From Candidatus Poriferihabitaceae bacterium (GTDB lineage Bacteria > Pseudomonadota > Gammaproteobacteria > Arenicellales > Poriferihabitantaceae), in contig OZ241878.1 of the NCBI GenBank assembly GCA_965203365.1, forward strand, positions 40,541 through 104,540: a DNA stretch of 64,000 nt, given 5' to 3'. The position numbers were made by a program, and so were the translations under genes. The notes under the pieces were generated by a model. It worked only from the letters and a program-made list of their open reading frames with translations, made no database searches and was not told the DNA's origin. Shown in pieces: positions 1-11,057 of this stretch. The stretch's first letter is position 1, and the number at the start of each line of letters is the position of its first letter.

Positions 1-620
1 ACACACGCTGGGAATCGTTCGGCGAAGGACTCGATGAAATCCAGCAATGAGCCTTCCCGGTTGGCATTGCGTTGTTGGATTTCCTGGGCATCCAGGCGTT
101 CACTCGGGGCATACTGTGGCATCTGGTCGGGCAGGTCCCGATAGACTCCGCCCGGGCGAAAATAGGTGGCGTGCATCCGGGCCCCGCTGACCGCCTCATA
201 ACAATCCATGAGATCTTCTCGTTCCCGGAAAGCGTACAGGAACACGGTCATGGCACCGATGTCCAGGGCATGGGCCCCCAGCCACATACAATGGTTCAGA
301 ATGCGGGTGATTTCGTCAAATAGCACTCGGATATATTGCGCTCGGAGCGGAGGCATGATGCCGAGCAGCGACTCAATGGCGAGAACATAGGCGTGCTCGT
401 TGCACATCATCGACACGTAGTCGAGTCGGTCCATGTAGCCGATACTTTGATTATAGGGCTTGGATTCGGCCAGCTTTTCCGTCCCGCGGTGCAGCAGGCC
501 GATATGCGGGTCACAGCGTTCGATCACCTCGCCATCCATTTCCATGATGACCCGCAACACCCCATGGGCGGCGGGGTGTTGGGGGCCAAAATTCATGGTG
601 TAGTTCCTGATTTCGGCCAT
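1..620 (-). CDS. nuoD: NADH-quinone oxidoreductase subunit D, 5' part (runs off window start)
   Basis: Reverse strand from ATG at 620 reads [23 protein letters not shown], the NuoD N-terminal motif; TGATG overlap with the nuoC stop. Confidence 0.95.
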   Translation of the reverse strand, partial: MAEIRNYTMNFGPQHPAAHGVLRVIMEMDGEVIERCDPHIGLLHRGTEKLAESKPYNQSIGYMDRLDYVSMMCNEHAYVLAIESLLGIMPPLRAQYIRVLFDEITRILNHCMWLGAHALDIGAMTVFLYAFREREDLMDCYEAVSGARMHATYFRPGGVYRDLPDQMPQYAPSERLDAQEIQQRNANREGSLLDFIESFAERFPAC

Positions 621-1249
621 CAGGCATTCTCCATCGGGCTTTGCGTGGCCTCCCGGCGGCCGATGGTATCCTCACGGACCGACCTCGGGACCAGGATTCT
701 CGGTTCAATGGTCACCGGCTGGTAGATGACCCGCCCTTGTTCCTCGTCATAGCGCATCTCCACCTGTCCGGACAAGGGAAAGTCCTTGCGAAATGGATGA
801 CCGATGAAGCCGTAATCGGTCAAGATGCGCCGAAGATCCGGATGGCCGTGAAAGATGATGCCGAAGAGGTCGAATGCCTCGCGTTCGAACCAGTTCGCCC
901 CGGGCCAGACATCAATCACGGAATCAAGGCTGGGATCTTCTTCCGGGCACTGGACCCTGAGTCGCAGTCGGGTGTTGTGCGCATAGGACAATAGATGATA
1001 GACCACCGCGTAGCGCTGCCCGCTCCAGGGTGTCCCGCCATCGGCCCCATAGACACTGTAATCCATTCCGCACAGGTCAGTCAGCTGTTCGAATCCGGCC
1101 TCATCACGCAACCGGTAGCCGGTTTTCACGATCTGGCGGCGATCGATTTCCAGCGTCAACTGCCCCAGGGCGATGCTCGACGACACGACGGCATCGCCAA
1201 GCAGGGCGGCGGTCGAGTCGGCCAGCGATTGCAGAGCGGGGGCTTCCAT
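620..1249 (-). CDS. nuoC: NADH-quinone oxidoreductase subunit C
   Basis: [41 protein letters not shown] signature; position in nuo operon. Confidence 0.97.
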   Translation of the reverse strand: MEAPALQSLADSTAALLGDAVVSSSIALGQLTLEIDRRQIVKTGYRLRDEAGFEQLTDLCGMDYSVYGADGGTPWSGQRYAVVYHLLSYAHNTRLRLRVQCPEEDPSLDSVIDVWPGANWFEREAFDLFGIIFHGHPDLRRILTDYGFIGHPFRKDFPLSGQVEMRYDEEQGRVIYQPVTIEPRILVPRSVREDTIGRREATQSPMENA

Positions 1250-1251
1250 GA

Positions 1252-1776
1252 TCAGTCCGGTTGTCCTTCCAGATGACGTTTGGCCGACAGGAATTCCCGG
1301 CGACGTGAGATGGGGGTCGTGGTGCGGATCTTCTTCTGCAATTGCAGGATGCCATAGATCAGCGCTTCAGCCGTGGGGGGGCAGCCAGGCACATAGACAT
1401 CCACCGGAACGATCCGGTCGCAGCCGCGCACCACGGAATAGGAATAATGGTAGTAGCCCCCGCCATTCGCACACGAACCCATGGAAATCACCCATTTGGG
1501 CTCGGTCATCTGGTCATAGACCTTGCGCAGCGCTGGCGCCATCTTGTTGGTCAAGGTGCCAGCCACGATCATGACATCGGACTGACGGGGACTGGGTCGG
1601 AACAGCATGCCGAAGCGGTCCAGGTCGTAGCGGGCGGCGCCGGCCTGCATCATTTCGACGGCGCAGCAAGCCAGCCCGAAGGTCATCGGCCACATTGAGC
1701 CGGTCCGGGCCCAATTGACCAATTCATCCAGCTTCGCCGTCGCGAACCCCTGTTCGGAAAACCCTTGGAGAGCCAT
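1252..1776 (-). CDS. nuoB: NADH-quinone oxidoreductase subunit B
   Basis: [21 protein letters not shown] and YVPGCPPT N2-cluster motifs. Confidence 0.97.
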   Translation of the reverse strand: MALQGFSEQGFATAKLDELVNWARTGSMWPMTFGLACCAVEMMQAGAARYDLDRFGMLFRPSPRQSDVMIVAGTLTNKMAPALRKVYDQMTEPKWVISMGSCANGGGYYHYSYSVVRGCDRIVPVDVYVPGCPPTAEALIYGILQLQKKIRTTTPISRRREFLSAKRHLEGQPD

Positions 1777-1872
1777 GTTAGTTGCCCATCCAGTCAGTCA
1801 GGGTGGTCTCAGCCAGCGGCGTCTGCTCGAACGATTGTCGAACCGAGGTCATCGCCGGAATGGGGGGGCCGC

Positions 1873-2229
1873 TCAATCCCATTCCAGCGCCCCTTTCTTC
1901 CACTCGTAGACAAATCCCACCACCAGAATGGCCAAAAACAGCATCATGGCCCAGAAACCGAACATTCCGATTTCATCCAGTACGATGGCCCAGGGAAATA
2001 GAAAGGCGATTTCCAAGTCGAAAATGATGAACAGGATGGCAACCAGATAATAGCGGACATCGAATTTCATCCGTGAGTCTTCGAAGGCTTCGAAACCACA
2101 TTCGTAGGGAGACAGTTTCGCTTCCTCGGGCTTGCTGGAACCGAGAACCAGGCCTGCTGAAATCGCGACACCACCGACAACCAATCCGACCACGATAAAA
2201 AGCAGGATCGGCAAGTAGTTGGCTAACAA
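1873..2229 (-). CDS. nuoA: NADH-quinone oxidoreductase subunit A
   Basis: KLSPYECGF and [22 protein letters not shown] motifs; likely TTG start at 2229 after GGAGGA, giving 118 aa. Confidence 0.95.
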   Translation of the reverse strand: MLANYLPILLFIVVGLVVGGVAISAGLVLGSSKPEEAKLSPYECGFEAFEDSRMKFDVRYYLVAILFIIFDLEIAFLFPWAIVLDEIGMFGFWAMMLFLAILVVGFVYEWKKGALEWD

Positions 2230-2947
2230 GGCATTTTCCTCCGTTGATTCGCATTGAGTCCGGTGCCGGGCGAGTCGGACTGTGGGGCGAATGAGATATA
2301 TCCCGGATAACCATCGGATTATACCCAAAGCCACCACATAAAAGGCAGGCTCGCTGCGCGGATTTTCGGGGATTTCAAAAGGGTTGGGGAGGGTCCTTGA
2401 GCGGTCCCCTCCTTCTCGTTCAGACGCACCCTGACGTCAGAATATCTGGGGTGTGGACATCAGTCGGGATGGGGACAGTTGTCAGCCTTGACCTGCCTTG
2501 ATCAGCTACCAGATGACCTCATTGTCCGTCGCCATCCCCTCCTTTTGGCTCCGGGAGCCAAGTGAACCATCCTTTCACCCGGCACGGTGGGCTGTTCTTG
2601 CGGCATCCATTGATCCGCCACCCATCCTCCGCTTCACTCGCGAAAGCCCCGTCTGTAAGGTCGTCCCAACCATTGGTCAAAGGCTCCGAGAGAATCGCTT
2701 ATGTCGGACGGACGAATGAATGATGAACCCGTTAGAGTCCACGTCAAACCAGCATTTCTTGGCCTGTTCCTTGCGGGTGGCGGGAGGCCATCTCAGTGCA
2801 TTGGCCGCATCTGACTGACAAGGATTCATTCGGCCCACCCTCCGGTTCGGATGGAGCGGATATTCGTTGGTTGTGGGCCCGTCGGGCGGCTAAGGGAGTA
2901 TGATAACATGTCCCATTGACGCGAGATTTGCCGTTGAGGTTCCCATC

Positions 2948-4318
2948 ATGTCTGACAAAGATCATCGCGGTTGTTCGCTATGGGGATGCACGATGGCCAC
3001 TCTGCTCCTGCTGTGGTCGCATGCGGGAGGTCACTCAGCGACTGTCGAGCCACGAGAGTACCATTCAGAAAAGCATTCTTTTCGTCTCGTTCCGGTCGGC
3101 GGGCCGTTTGATCGGGCATGGGGGATGTCGTTTCTCCCCGACGGCAGGATGCTGATCACCGAACGGGGCGGTCATCTTCGCCTCTTGCAGCCTGGAGCAT
3201 CCGTGTCACGTCCACTGCCTGGACTGCCACAGATGACAACCCACGGCCAGGGGGGGTTGATGGATGTCGTGCTCGACCCGGACTTCGCCATCAACCGGCG
3301 ACTCTATTTGAGCCACATCTGGGATGTGGAAGGTGGCAAGACGACGGCCGTCAGCACGGCACAACTGAAAGATAATCGACTGCATGGGTTCAGAATGATT
3401 TTCGTCGCTCAGGCGGCCAGCGACTCGGGCCGCCACTTTGGTTCGCGATTGAGCATTTCTCGAGACAGCAAGCTATTCGTCACGATCGGAGACCGTGGCC
3501 ATCGGCCCAACGCCCAGGATTTGTCCAACCATGCCGGAACGATTCTCAGGCTGAATCTGGACGGCACCGTTCCATTAGACAATCCCTTTGTCGGTTGGCC
3601 GGGGGCACTGCCGGAAATATGGTCATACGGTCACCGCAACCCGCAGGGCTTGTCGATTGATCCCGACACGGGACGGCTGTGGTCGCATGAGCATGGACCA
3701 CGGGGTGGAGATGAGGTCAATCGGATCAAGGGGGGGCGAAACTATGGATGGCCAACGATTACCTACGGTCGAAACTATAGCGGCACCCAGATCACTGCAG
3801 AGACGATGCGTCCAGGTATGAAGCAACCCGCTACCTACTGGGTGCCGTCCATCGCCCCGTCGGGATTGACGGTGTATCGTGGCGACCGGTTTCCTCGGTG
3901 GGACAGTAACTTGTTTGTCGGCGCACTGCGTGCCCGACTATTGGTGCGACTGGAAATGGATGGAGACCGGGTGGTCCATGAAGAACGTCTCATCACGGAT
4001 TTCGACCATCGGATACGCGATGTCCGAACGGGACCGGATGGGTTGATCTACCTGCTGCTGGATGAGCCCAACGCCGCCGTGTGGCGTCTGGAGCCGATTG
4101 ACGACGGATCTGTTTCGGGCAGGCGTCAGGATGCGCCGTGTTCTTTCCCGCTTTCGGGCGATGGTGGTCAGCTATCTCACTACGATCGTCCGTGGTCTCG
4201 TGACTTCGATTTGGCCAAGGCGTCCCGGACAAGGTATGCGCAGCGGTGCGTTGGTGCAAAGATGGCGGCCATCCGGGAAACTCGTCACGGTCTGATGGCT
4301 GCTGGCTGGAAAAAATAG
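2948..4318 (+). CDS. PQQ-dependent sugar dehydrogenase (glucose/sorbosone dehydrogenase, YliI/GSDH family)
   Basis: GQGGLMDV, HFGSRL, EIWSYGHRNPQG, HEHGPRGGDEVN, RIRDVRTGPDG motifs; signal-peptide-like N-terminus; start uncertain. Confidence 0.9.
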   Translation: MSDKDHRGCSLWGCTMATLLLLWSHAGGHSATVEPREYHSEKHSFRLVPVGGPFDRAWGMSFLPDGRMLITERGGHLRLLQPGASVSRPLPGLPQMTTHGQGGLMDVVLDPDFAINRRLYLSHIWDVEGGKTTAVSTAQLKDNRLHGFRMIFVAQAASDSGRHFGSRLSISRDSKLFVTIGDRGHRPNAQDLSNHAGTILRLNLDGTVPLDNPFVGWPGALPEIWSYGHRNPQGLSIDPDTGRLWSHEHGPRGGDEVNRIKGGRNYGWPTITYGRNYSGTQITAETMRPGMKQPATYWVPSIAPSGLTVYRGDRFPRWDSNLFVGALRARLLVRLEMDGDRVVHEERLITDFDHRIRDVRTGPDGLIYLLLDEPNAAVWRLEPIDDGSVSGRRQDAPCSFPLSGDGGQLSHYDRPWSRDFDLAKASRTRYAQRCVGAKMAAIRETRHGLMAAGWKK

Positions 4319-4392
4319 CGCTGGTTATCTTTGGCAGGAAGTCGACCTATGCCGGGTCAGACTGCCAAAAGGCCCGAAAACCCGGATCAGCA

Positions 4393-4749
4393 TTAGCGGA
4401 TGGGATCCTTGGAAAGCACCGTCAGACCGGTCTGGGAAGCATACCAGGCGGCAAGATTGGCAATGTCTTCATCAGTCAGGGTAGCGGCCATCCCCTGCAT
4501 GATGGGATTGGGGCGGATGCCGGATCGGTATTCGCGTAATACCAGTTCCAGATAATCTGCATATTGTCCTGCCAGTATGGGGTTTTCCGGTAGGGGACTA
4601 TTCCCGTCCGGGCCGTGGCAAGCGATACAGACAGTATCCGCCTTTGCCTTGCCAGCGACTGGGTCACCAGCGGCTGCAAGGCTGGGCAGCACCAGGCACA
4701 TCAATACGCTGGCCAGCAGCGGGGTGACGGGGTAGGTCAATGGCTTCAT
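4393..4749 (-). CDS. Periplasmic monoheme cytochrome c (c553/c4-like)
   Basis: Signal peptide, CIACH, PILAGQYADYL, distal Met in NPIMQGMA; start at MKPLTY. Confidence 0.9.
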   Translation of the reverse strand: MKPLTYPVTPLLASVLMCLVLPSLAAAGDPVAGKAKADTVCIACHGPDGNSPLPENPILAGQYADYLELVLREYRSGIRPNPIMQGMAATLTDEDIANLAAWYASQTGLTVLSKDPIR

Positions 4750-4759
4750 GGCAGCACTC

Positions 4760-5080
4760 CTAGTTTGATGCGGCAAAGAATGCAGCGATATCTTCAATGT
4801 CCTGGTCCGACAGCCCCCATGCGTTGGCCTGCATGGTCGGATGGGGCCGGACCCCTTCCCGGTAGTCCTTGAGGGCCGATACAATGTAAGCCGCATGTTG
4901 TCCCCCCACCTTGGGGATGTGATAGGTCGGGTAGACATTTTGCGCTGTGGGCGAGGCGTGACAGCCCAAACAGGTTTCTGCCTTGCGTCGCCCGGCATTC
5001 GGGTCGCCTTCGGAAAACGCTGGTGGGGCCGCCAGACTGATCAAGGCCGCCGTGAGTCCGATTCGAGCAATTCGTTTCAT
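4760..5080 (-). CDS. Periplasmic monoheme cytochrome c (c553/c4-like)
   Basis: Signal peptide, CLGCH, PKVGGQHAAYI, HPTMQ; tandem with the previous cytochrome. Confidence 0.9.
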   Translation of the reverse strand: MKRIARIGLTAALISLAAPPAFSEGDPNAGRRKAETCLGCHASPTAQNVYPTYHIPKVGGQHAAYIVSALKDYREGVRPHPTMQANAWGLSDQDIEDIAAFFAASN

Positions 5081-5263
5081 AGTCGTTTATTCATGGACGG
5101 AGTCATGGAACTTCCCCTGGGGTTCGAGGCCCTGTGGCACCTTGACCATCAGGGTATTTTACTTCCCATTCAAGCCGGTGAACAGTCCCGGCCATCGTCC
5201 GCCGGGTAAAGAATGTCTCAAGTCTTGTCCCGAGTCAGGTGAGACGGGGAAGCCCCATTTCTG

Positions 5264-6400
5264 TTAGGCGTATTCGGCGGGTCCCCGCATATGCCGGTCC
5301 ACCAAGGAATGGAAGTGGTGAACGGCATGTTCCGAGAACCAACTGCGGTCCGGGTCGACAAAGAACCGTCCTCGGTCATAAGAGACCGAATGAAGACCTT
5401 TCTGAACGCATTCCACCAAGTCGACATCTTCCGGTCCGAGCACTTCGCGAAAATATCGGTAGATCTCCTTGGTGGTCGAGTCCATTTCACCATCCGGTGT
5501 GTAGACCGTAAAAACCTGTCGGGTGGTTTCGGGGGCCATGGCCTCAAACACGAAAGTGGCCACGGCGTCGCACCCGGCAAATCGGAGGAAGGCCATGTCA
5601 GGCCAGATATACAAGGCCACAAACTCCCGTTCGGCATCATCCAGGTGGTCGGGGATGGGGTATGCCAGGTTTTGAGGTCGACAGACCCCTCCCTGCCAGG
5701 ACCACATTTGGTCCGTCTCGACCCGATAGGTGTCCATGTCCACCAAGTCCACGAAAGCCTTATGCGCCGGGTGGCAATGGTAACACTCCAGCAGGTTGTC
5801 ACCGACGTTTTTCCAGTTCCCTGCAATGGAGAACGTGACGGAGGCTGCTCGGTGGTATCCGCTCAGGTCTCCACACAGCCTTTCCATTCGGTTGATCGCG
5901 GGCGTGATGTCCTGGGACAGGGGGAGTGCATCGGGGTTCAGGTTGAGGAAAACGAACCCGGCGATCACTTCAACCTGCACCGGCTCCAGTCGGATGTCGG
6001 ATTTGGAAAACCCCCGGATATGTTCGCAATGGGGAGCGGCGCGCAACTGTCCATCCATGTCGTAGGCCCAGGCGTGGTAGGGGCATGTGATGAGACCGGT
6101 TCCCAGATTCCCTCGTTCATCTTTGGCAAGTAGATGCCCTCGGTGCTTGCAGGCATTGTGAAAGCCCCGTATTTCCCCGGTTTGGGTGCGAAGGATCATC
6201 ATCGGTTGATCCACCAACTGGTGTGTCAGATAATCACCTGCGGATGGAATTTCGGATATGTGACCGATGCAGCGCCAACTGCGGCGAAAGATGCGTCGTT
6301 TTTCCTGCTCAAACCAGTTGGTGTCCCAGTAGGTGAAAGCGGGGAGGGTGAAAGCCAATTCCGGGTTGGCCTCAAATGTGTAGGATGCGGGTTCTGTCAT
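5264..6400 (-). CDS. Rieske non-heme iron oxygenase alpha subunit (choline/carnitine monooxygenase-like)
   Basis: Rieske motif CKHRG...CPYHAW; mononuclear-iron motif NLLECYHCHPAH; C-terminal ED..LVECVQKG; substrate not determinable. Confidence 0.88.
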   Translation of the reverse strand: MTEPASYTFEANPELAFTLPAFTYWDTNWFEQEKRRIFRRSWRCIGHISEIPSAGDYLTHQLVDQPMMILRTQTGEIRGFHNACKHRGHLLAKDERGNLGTGLITCPYHAWAYDMDGQLRAAPHCEHIRGFSKSDIRLEPVQVEVIAGFVFLNLNPDALPLSQDITPAINRMERLCGDLSGYHRAASVTFSIAGNWKNVGDNLLECYHCHPAHKAFVDLVDMDTYRVETDQMWSWQGGVCRPQNLAYPIPDHLDDAEREFVALYIWPDMAFLRFAGCDAVATFVFEAMAPETTRQVFTVYTPDGEMDSTTKEIYRYFREVLGPEDVDLVECVQKGLHSVSYDRGRFFVDPDRSWFSEHAVHHFHSLVDRHMRGPAEYA

Positions 6401-6668
6401 GGGATCACGCTCGACTTATGGACGAATGGGTGTAGACGGTGATGGATTCGAAGGAAATTAGTTGATGATCAGCCAATGCGGTATATATGACAAATCATAT
6501 GAAAATACCAAAATAATTAATTTTCTGTAACGATTCTGCATTATACTCCCATCCGCCGCAATCAATGATTCAGATACCTTCGGCCGTTCCCGCTGTGTGA
6601 CTCCCTAGCTTTCCGTTTCCATTGACTGCGGTGTTTTGACCCAATCTTTATATATCAGGTTTAATTTT

Positions 6669-6869
6669 ATGGCTACAGGTACTATCAAATGGTTCAATGA
6701 ATCCAAGGGCTATGGATTTATCTCCCAGGACGCTGGCGGTAAGGATGTTTTCGTCCATTATCGCGCTATCCAGGGAACCGGTTTCAAGACTCTCAAGGAA
6801 GGACAAAAAGTGACCTTTGATGTGGAAGAAGGACCCAAGGGTCTCCATGCCACTAATGTTGTTACGTAG
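6669..6869 (+). CDS. Cold-shock protein (CspA family)
   Basis: [18 protein letters not shown] (RNP1) and DVFVHY (RNP2); 66 aa. Confidence 0.97.
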   Translation: MATGTIKWFNESKGYGFISQDAGGKDVFVHYRAIQGTGFKTLKEGQKVTFDVEEGPKGLHATNVVT

Positions 6870-6899
6870 GATCAATCCGACTAGGTAAGTCACACAGGT

Positions 6900-6931
6900 T
6901 GCCATCTCCCGACACGCGATGGGGAGATGGC
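6900..6931 (+). terminator. Hairpin downstream of csp gene, probable terminator/stabiliser
   Basis: GCCATCTCCC...GGGAGATGGC inverted repeat about 30 nt after the stop; U-tract weak. Confidence 0.5.
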
Positions 6932-7951
6932 GACTTCCTGTGGGCGGTCTCTGGCAGACTCTGCCAGTGCCGGCAGCCCGTCAAACGACAGGGACCGGGA
7001 GCACCAAGGCTTACGGCTGAGGTTTTTTCCTCGGGGGATTGTATCGAAAAGAATCCATGCGATGGCCGCTTGAGCACAACCGGGCGCTCTGGTCTTTCAA
7101 GCGATATCAGGCCCCTTCGAGATATCACTGGCATGAATACGATTCCGGATATCGAAGTACTCCCCTTGGGAAGAGAAGGCCTCTGGATGAGAAGGGATAT
7201 CCCGGGTACCATCGCCAAAATGGTTGTCAGGGTGGCCCAGTGGAGTTGTTCGCTCAGCATGGGCTGATGTGTGAAGTTCCGTTTTTTACCGGCCATGCAG
7301 ACCGGGCCGTGATCTGGCATGCCCGTCGTTGGCGGTGGACGGGAGTGTATCCGTCCGATGACCCAAGGATCAGGGGTTCAGGTAATTGATGGCAGTTGAC
7401 CCGCCGGTCAGGCGCCTACAGAGGGAAAACCCCGCCAATCCTCGGGCTGTCAAGCCGACAGGGTAGGCGTGGGCAATAGCTCAACGGCAGGGAGAGACTG
7501 CCCCCGGCCTGGTGACGTGGATTCGGTTCGGCGATTGATGGCATGATCAGGGGGCAGTGGTCCAGCTCCAGGTTGTCCTTGGGCCATTCTATCGGCGGTG
7601 CCATTGGAACACTGAATCGATTTCTGCCTTCTCCGGCGAAGAAGGGTGCAAGGCCTGGAGGTGGACTAATCAAACATCAGTCTTGCCATTTCCGGCGATA
7701 TGGCGTCCACTGGGATCCTTCATCTGGTGGCCAGTCTACTCTCGGGCCGCTATGGACGTCGACCTGTTCCACTTGGTGGTCTGTCTTTGCATATCGTCGC
7801 CTCGGTCGGTGGTGCACTGTGTCCACTGAGTTTTCGACGTGCGTTTTTCCCCGCATCCGTCTAATGCGTGATGATCGGTGGTGGGGAATATAGCGGAACC
7901 CTCATGTTCCGGTAAATTTCTGACTGCCGGGAATATGCCTTCGGTGGCCGA

Positions 7952-8671
7952 TTAAGGAGCCAATGGACCTTGTCCAGATTCGGGGCACTGCGCCAGTAGG
8001 ACACGCCTTGCGTGGGAGAAGAATTGCCGTCTCAAGAGAATCGAGATAACGAAGGCTGTCGTCAGCATGAACATGATGGGTCCGACAAACCAGCCAAGGA
8101 ATCCAAGCGCGAAGAACAAGCTGCGCATGCCAGCGTTGAAGTGTCGGCCAGCAATGATATTGAGGTTGGCCAGTTTTTTTGCCGCCAGATGACATTTCGC
8201 AGCATTCTCTTCACTGTATTCGGGAACCGCGCCGATCAGAATTCCACAGTAGTTGAACAGCCGATAGGCCCAGCCGAACTTGAAGAACGTGTAGGACAGA
8301 AGGAGCGTCAGGCAAAGGACCTTGACTTCCCATTTGGTGCGACTGAACTCGACTGGCATCGGTAGATCTTGATAAATCTCAAGCACCGTATCGGTTGAAC
8401 CCAGCAGTGCGAAACAGCCACCAATGGCGATGATGGTGGTCGAGGTGAAAAACGCTGCGCCCTGTTGCAGCCCGCTGATGATCTGAGTATCCACCATCCG
8501 GAACGGACGCTCGGCCAGCACTTGCGTCCAGCTTCTGCGTTGTTCCGACATGAGGCCACTCAGTGAGCGGGCTTTGAGAGGCGTGTATTCCATGACGATT
8601 TCCAGTGCGAGCCAAGCGACGATAAACAGCGCAAGCCCAATGATATCCGCCAGGGACAGCGCATTTAACAT
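7952..8671 (-). CDS. DUF599-family membrane protein
   Basis: RMVDTQIISGLQQGAAFFTST, FFKFGWAYRLFNY, HFNAGMRSLFFA motifs; several TM segments; start at MLNALS. Confidence 0.85.
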   Translation of the reverse strand: MLNALSLADIIGLALFIVAWLALEIVMEYTPLKARSLSGLMSEQRRSWTQVLAERPFRMVDTQIISGLQQGAAFFTSTTIIAIGGCFALLGSTDTVLEIYQDLPMPVEFSRTKWEVKVLCLTLLLSYTFFKFGWAYRLFNYCGILIGAVPEYSEENAAKCHLAAKKLANLNIIAGRHFNAGMRSLFFALGFLGWFVGPIMFMLTTAFVISILLRRQFFSHARRVLLAQCPESGQGPLAP

Positions 8672-8931
8672 GGCATCCAATCCGGCGAATGCAGAGCCCC
8701 ATTGAATGGATGTGTAACCCAGCCATGGCTGCATTTCGACCCAATGCCGATCATCAACCGTCGTTTCGAATCGGATCGACAAGACACTGGAACCGGCCAG
8801 CCGCCGAACATCGAACGAACGCCAACGATCATACTTCGGGGACCGGAAACCATGATGTGGCCCTTCCACGGTGGCCCTGACAGTCGCATTGGTCGGTCTC
8901 CCTTTCGTGTTCGCAGAGCTCCTGATTGAGT

Positions 8932-9789
8932 TCAGAAGATCATTCGAGACAGTCGTGTGCGATATTCGGAAACTAGGTCTCCCTTGTTGCCGAGTATGTC
9001 AAAGACCTTCAGCATGGTTTTGCGGGCACCATCATCCATGAATGATCGATCGCGTCGAATGATTTCCAGCAGATGGTCCATGGCGGCGGCATATTGTCGT
9101 TCGGCAATAAGGAGTTTGGCAAGACGATACCGCAATTCCAGGTTTTCTGGTTCACCGGTCAGCGAGGCTTCCAGTCCAGTCCGATCAGCAGGATTGGACT
9201 CCTGTCGAAATTCCAGGGTCGTCTGTAATGACTTATACTCAGGACTCTGCTGACCCTCCTCTGATACCGACTGGGCGACCCGGTCGGCTTCCTCAAGATT
9301 TCCCTCGGCAGTCAGCCAGGCCAGCAGTTGTAGTTTGGGTGCGTCATCGTCCGGTTGAGATTGCCACAGCCGGTTCAGAATGGCCTTGGCAGCGTCTGGC
9401 TGCCCGCTCTCATAGAGGTCCCTGGCTTCCGTCATGGATTTCTCGATGGAACTGGTCACATACTGATTGATCCTTTGTCGAATATTCGATTCGGGAAGGG
9501 CCCCCATGAACTGGTCCACGACCTTGCCATCTTTCAAGAACAGTACGGTGGGCAGGCTGCGGATACCGAACTGAGCGGCCAGAGCCTGTTCCCTGTCCGT
9601 GTCCACCTTGACCAGTTTGACGCTCCCCTGATAGGCCAATGCCAGTTTTTCCAGCACCGGGGCCAGTGACTGGCAAGGCCCGCACCATGCCGCCCAGAAA
9701 TCCACCATGACGAGTTGTCTGTGGGATGCTTCCACAGCATCCTCCAGGAATGTGGCGGTACTGGAGTTGATATAGGGTTCTTGGTCCAT
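8932..9789 (-). CDS. cnoX: Thioredoxin-TPR chaperedoxin (CnoX/YbbN family)
   Basis: VDFWAAWCGPC thioredoxin domain plus C-terminal TPR region ending ARKTMLKVFDILG...EYRTRLSRMIF. Confidence 0.88.
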   Translation of the reverse strand: MDQEPYINSSTATFLEDAVEASHRQLVMVDFWAAWCGPCQSLAPVLEKLALAYQGSVKLVKVDTDREQALAAQFGIRSLPTVLFLKDGKVVDQFMGALPESNIRQRINQYVTSSIEKSMTEARDLYESGQPDAAKAILNRLWQSQPDDDAPKLQLLAWLTAEGNLEEADRVAQSVSEEGQQSPEYKSLQTTLEFRQESNPADRTGLEASLTGEPENLELRYRLAKLLIAERQYAAAMDHLLEIIRRDRSFMDDGARKTMLKVFDILGNKGDLVSEYRTRLSRMIF

Positions 9790-10095
9790 CGCACATGCTA
9801 TGGGGGCAGGGGGTGTCGCTTTCAATGCCGGTTACAGAAAACGGTCCGGAGGGCGAATCGGCTTCGGAGATTCCACATGATTGACACGTCATTGTGTTGT
9901 GATTACCCCCGAATATTCCTCAACATCAGGTGGGTCCGTAGGCTGTGGGAAACCTAACGGCAAGGGAGTGTTGGAAGAAAAATCATCAAGCCATCATCCA
10001 TATTAGGAATGTCGTTGACGCGGGGCAACTGCGATCAAGTGGTGGGTATGTGCATACTCCACTATGATTCAGGATAAATTATGGGAATTATATAC

Positions 10096-10123
10096 TTGAT
10101 GAACCTATAATTTATGTTACCAT
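10096..10123 (+). promoter_or_regulatory. Putative sigma70 promoter inside the left end of the IS1595 element
   Basis: TTGATG (10096) - 16 nt - TACCAT (10118) with extended TG, upstream of transposase ATG 10149. Confidence 0.4.
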
Positions 10124-10148
10124 AGCAGTATATTTGTCGGCATGTGCC

Positions 10149-11057
10149 ATGAAAACTCTACTTGAATTCACCACGCGCTTCGGGACGGTGGAGGCCTGTT
10201 TGGAGCACTTGCAGGAAGCCCGGTGGAGTGAAGGGGCCTATTGCCCGCACTGCGGCGGCGACAGGATTTTCCATTTCAAGGATGGTCGTCGTCACAAGTG
10301 TGGCGACTGCAAGCACACTTTCCGCATCATTACTGGCACCATTTTTTCCGACAGCCCAATCAAAATGCTGCCCAAGTGGTTTGCCGCGATCTGGATTGAC
10401 ACTTGCCACAGCAAAGGGATTTCCAGCGTACAGCTTGGGAAAATGATTGGAGTGACTCAAAAGACGGCTTGGCATATGCTTCAGCGTATTCGCCACGCTG
10501 CCGGCCAAGACCAAGACGGCATGATGGGTGTTATTGTAGAGGCCGATGAAACCCACATCGGAGGCAAGGAGAAGAACAAGCACGCTTCAAAGCGGGTTGC
10601 TGGAACTCAGGGACGTAGCACCAAGACAAAGACAGTCGTTTTCGGCATGAAGGAACGGGGAGGAAAGACCAAGGCTTTTCGGGTTGATTCAGCCACTTCC
10701 AAGGAGATCACCCCGCACATGATCAAGAACATTGCTCTCGGTTCAAACGTCAATGAGGATGAGTACCGGGCCTATTGCTCACTGGATACGTTTTATGGGC
10801 TTTCCCGAGTCAATCACAGCACAGGGAAGCATGTACGGTACGGCACACATACCAATAGCATCGAAAGCGTGTGGGCGCTGGTTAAGCGTGTCTACCTAGG
10901 GATTCATCGTCATTGGAGCCGGAAGCACACACAGCGTTATATTGATTCTTGCGTCTTTCGCCTGAACAATCGGGAACTGGAAAGCAAGGACCGAGTAACC
11001 CACCTGATTAAGTGTGGGTTACTCGTGAAACTGCCTCATAAGGAGTTGGTGGCATGA
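10149..11057 (+). CDS. IS1595-family DDE transposase
   Basis: Zn ribbon CPHC...CGDC, HTH (GISSVQLGKMIGVTQKTAW), VEADET, DEYRAY, HTNSIESVWAL motifs. Confidence 0.93.
   Translation: MKTLLEFTTRFGTVEACLEHLQEARWSEGAYCPHCGGDRIFHFKDGRRHKCGDCKHTFRIITGTIFSDSPIKMLPKWFAAIWIDTCHSKGISSVQLGKMIGVTQKTAWHMLQRIRHAAGQDQDGMMGVIVEADETHIGGKEKNKHASKRVAGTQGRSTKTKTVVFGMKERGGKTKAFRVDSATSKEITPHMIKNIALGSNVNEDEYRAYCSLDTFYGLSRVNHSTGKHVRYGTHTNSIESVWALVKRVYLGIHRHWSRKHTQRYIDSCVFRLNNRELESKDRVTHLIKCGLLVKLPHKELVA

Noticed and set aside
2340-2900. tRNA or riboswitch upstream of nuoA
   Set aside because: No cloverleaf or known riboswitch motif seen; only weak hairpins
4105-4318. C-terminal ~70-aa extension of the PQQ sugar dehydrogenase as a new domain
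   Set aside because: The family normally ends near VWRLEP and the tail looks random, so it is more likely stop-codon loss
6940-7900. Several 85-150-aa ORFs between csp and DUF599
   Set aside because: No convincing motifs or start signals; probably decayed sequence
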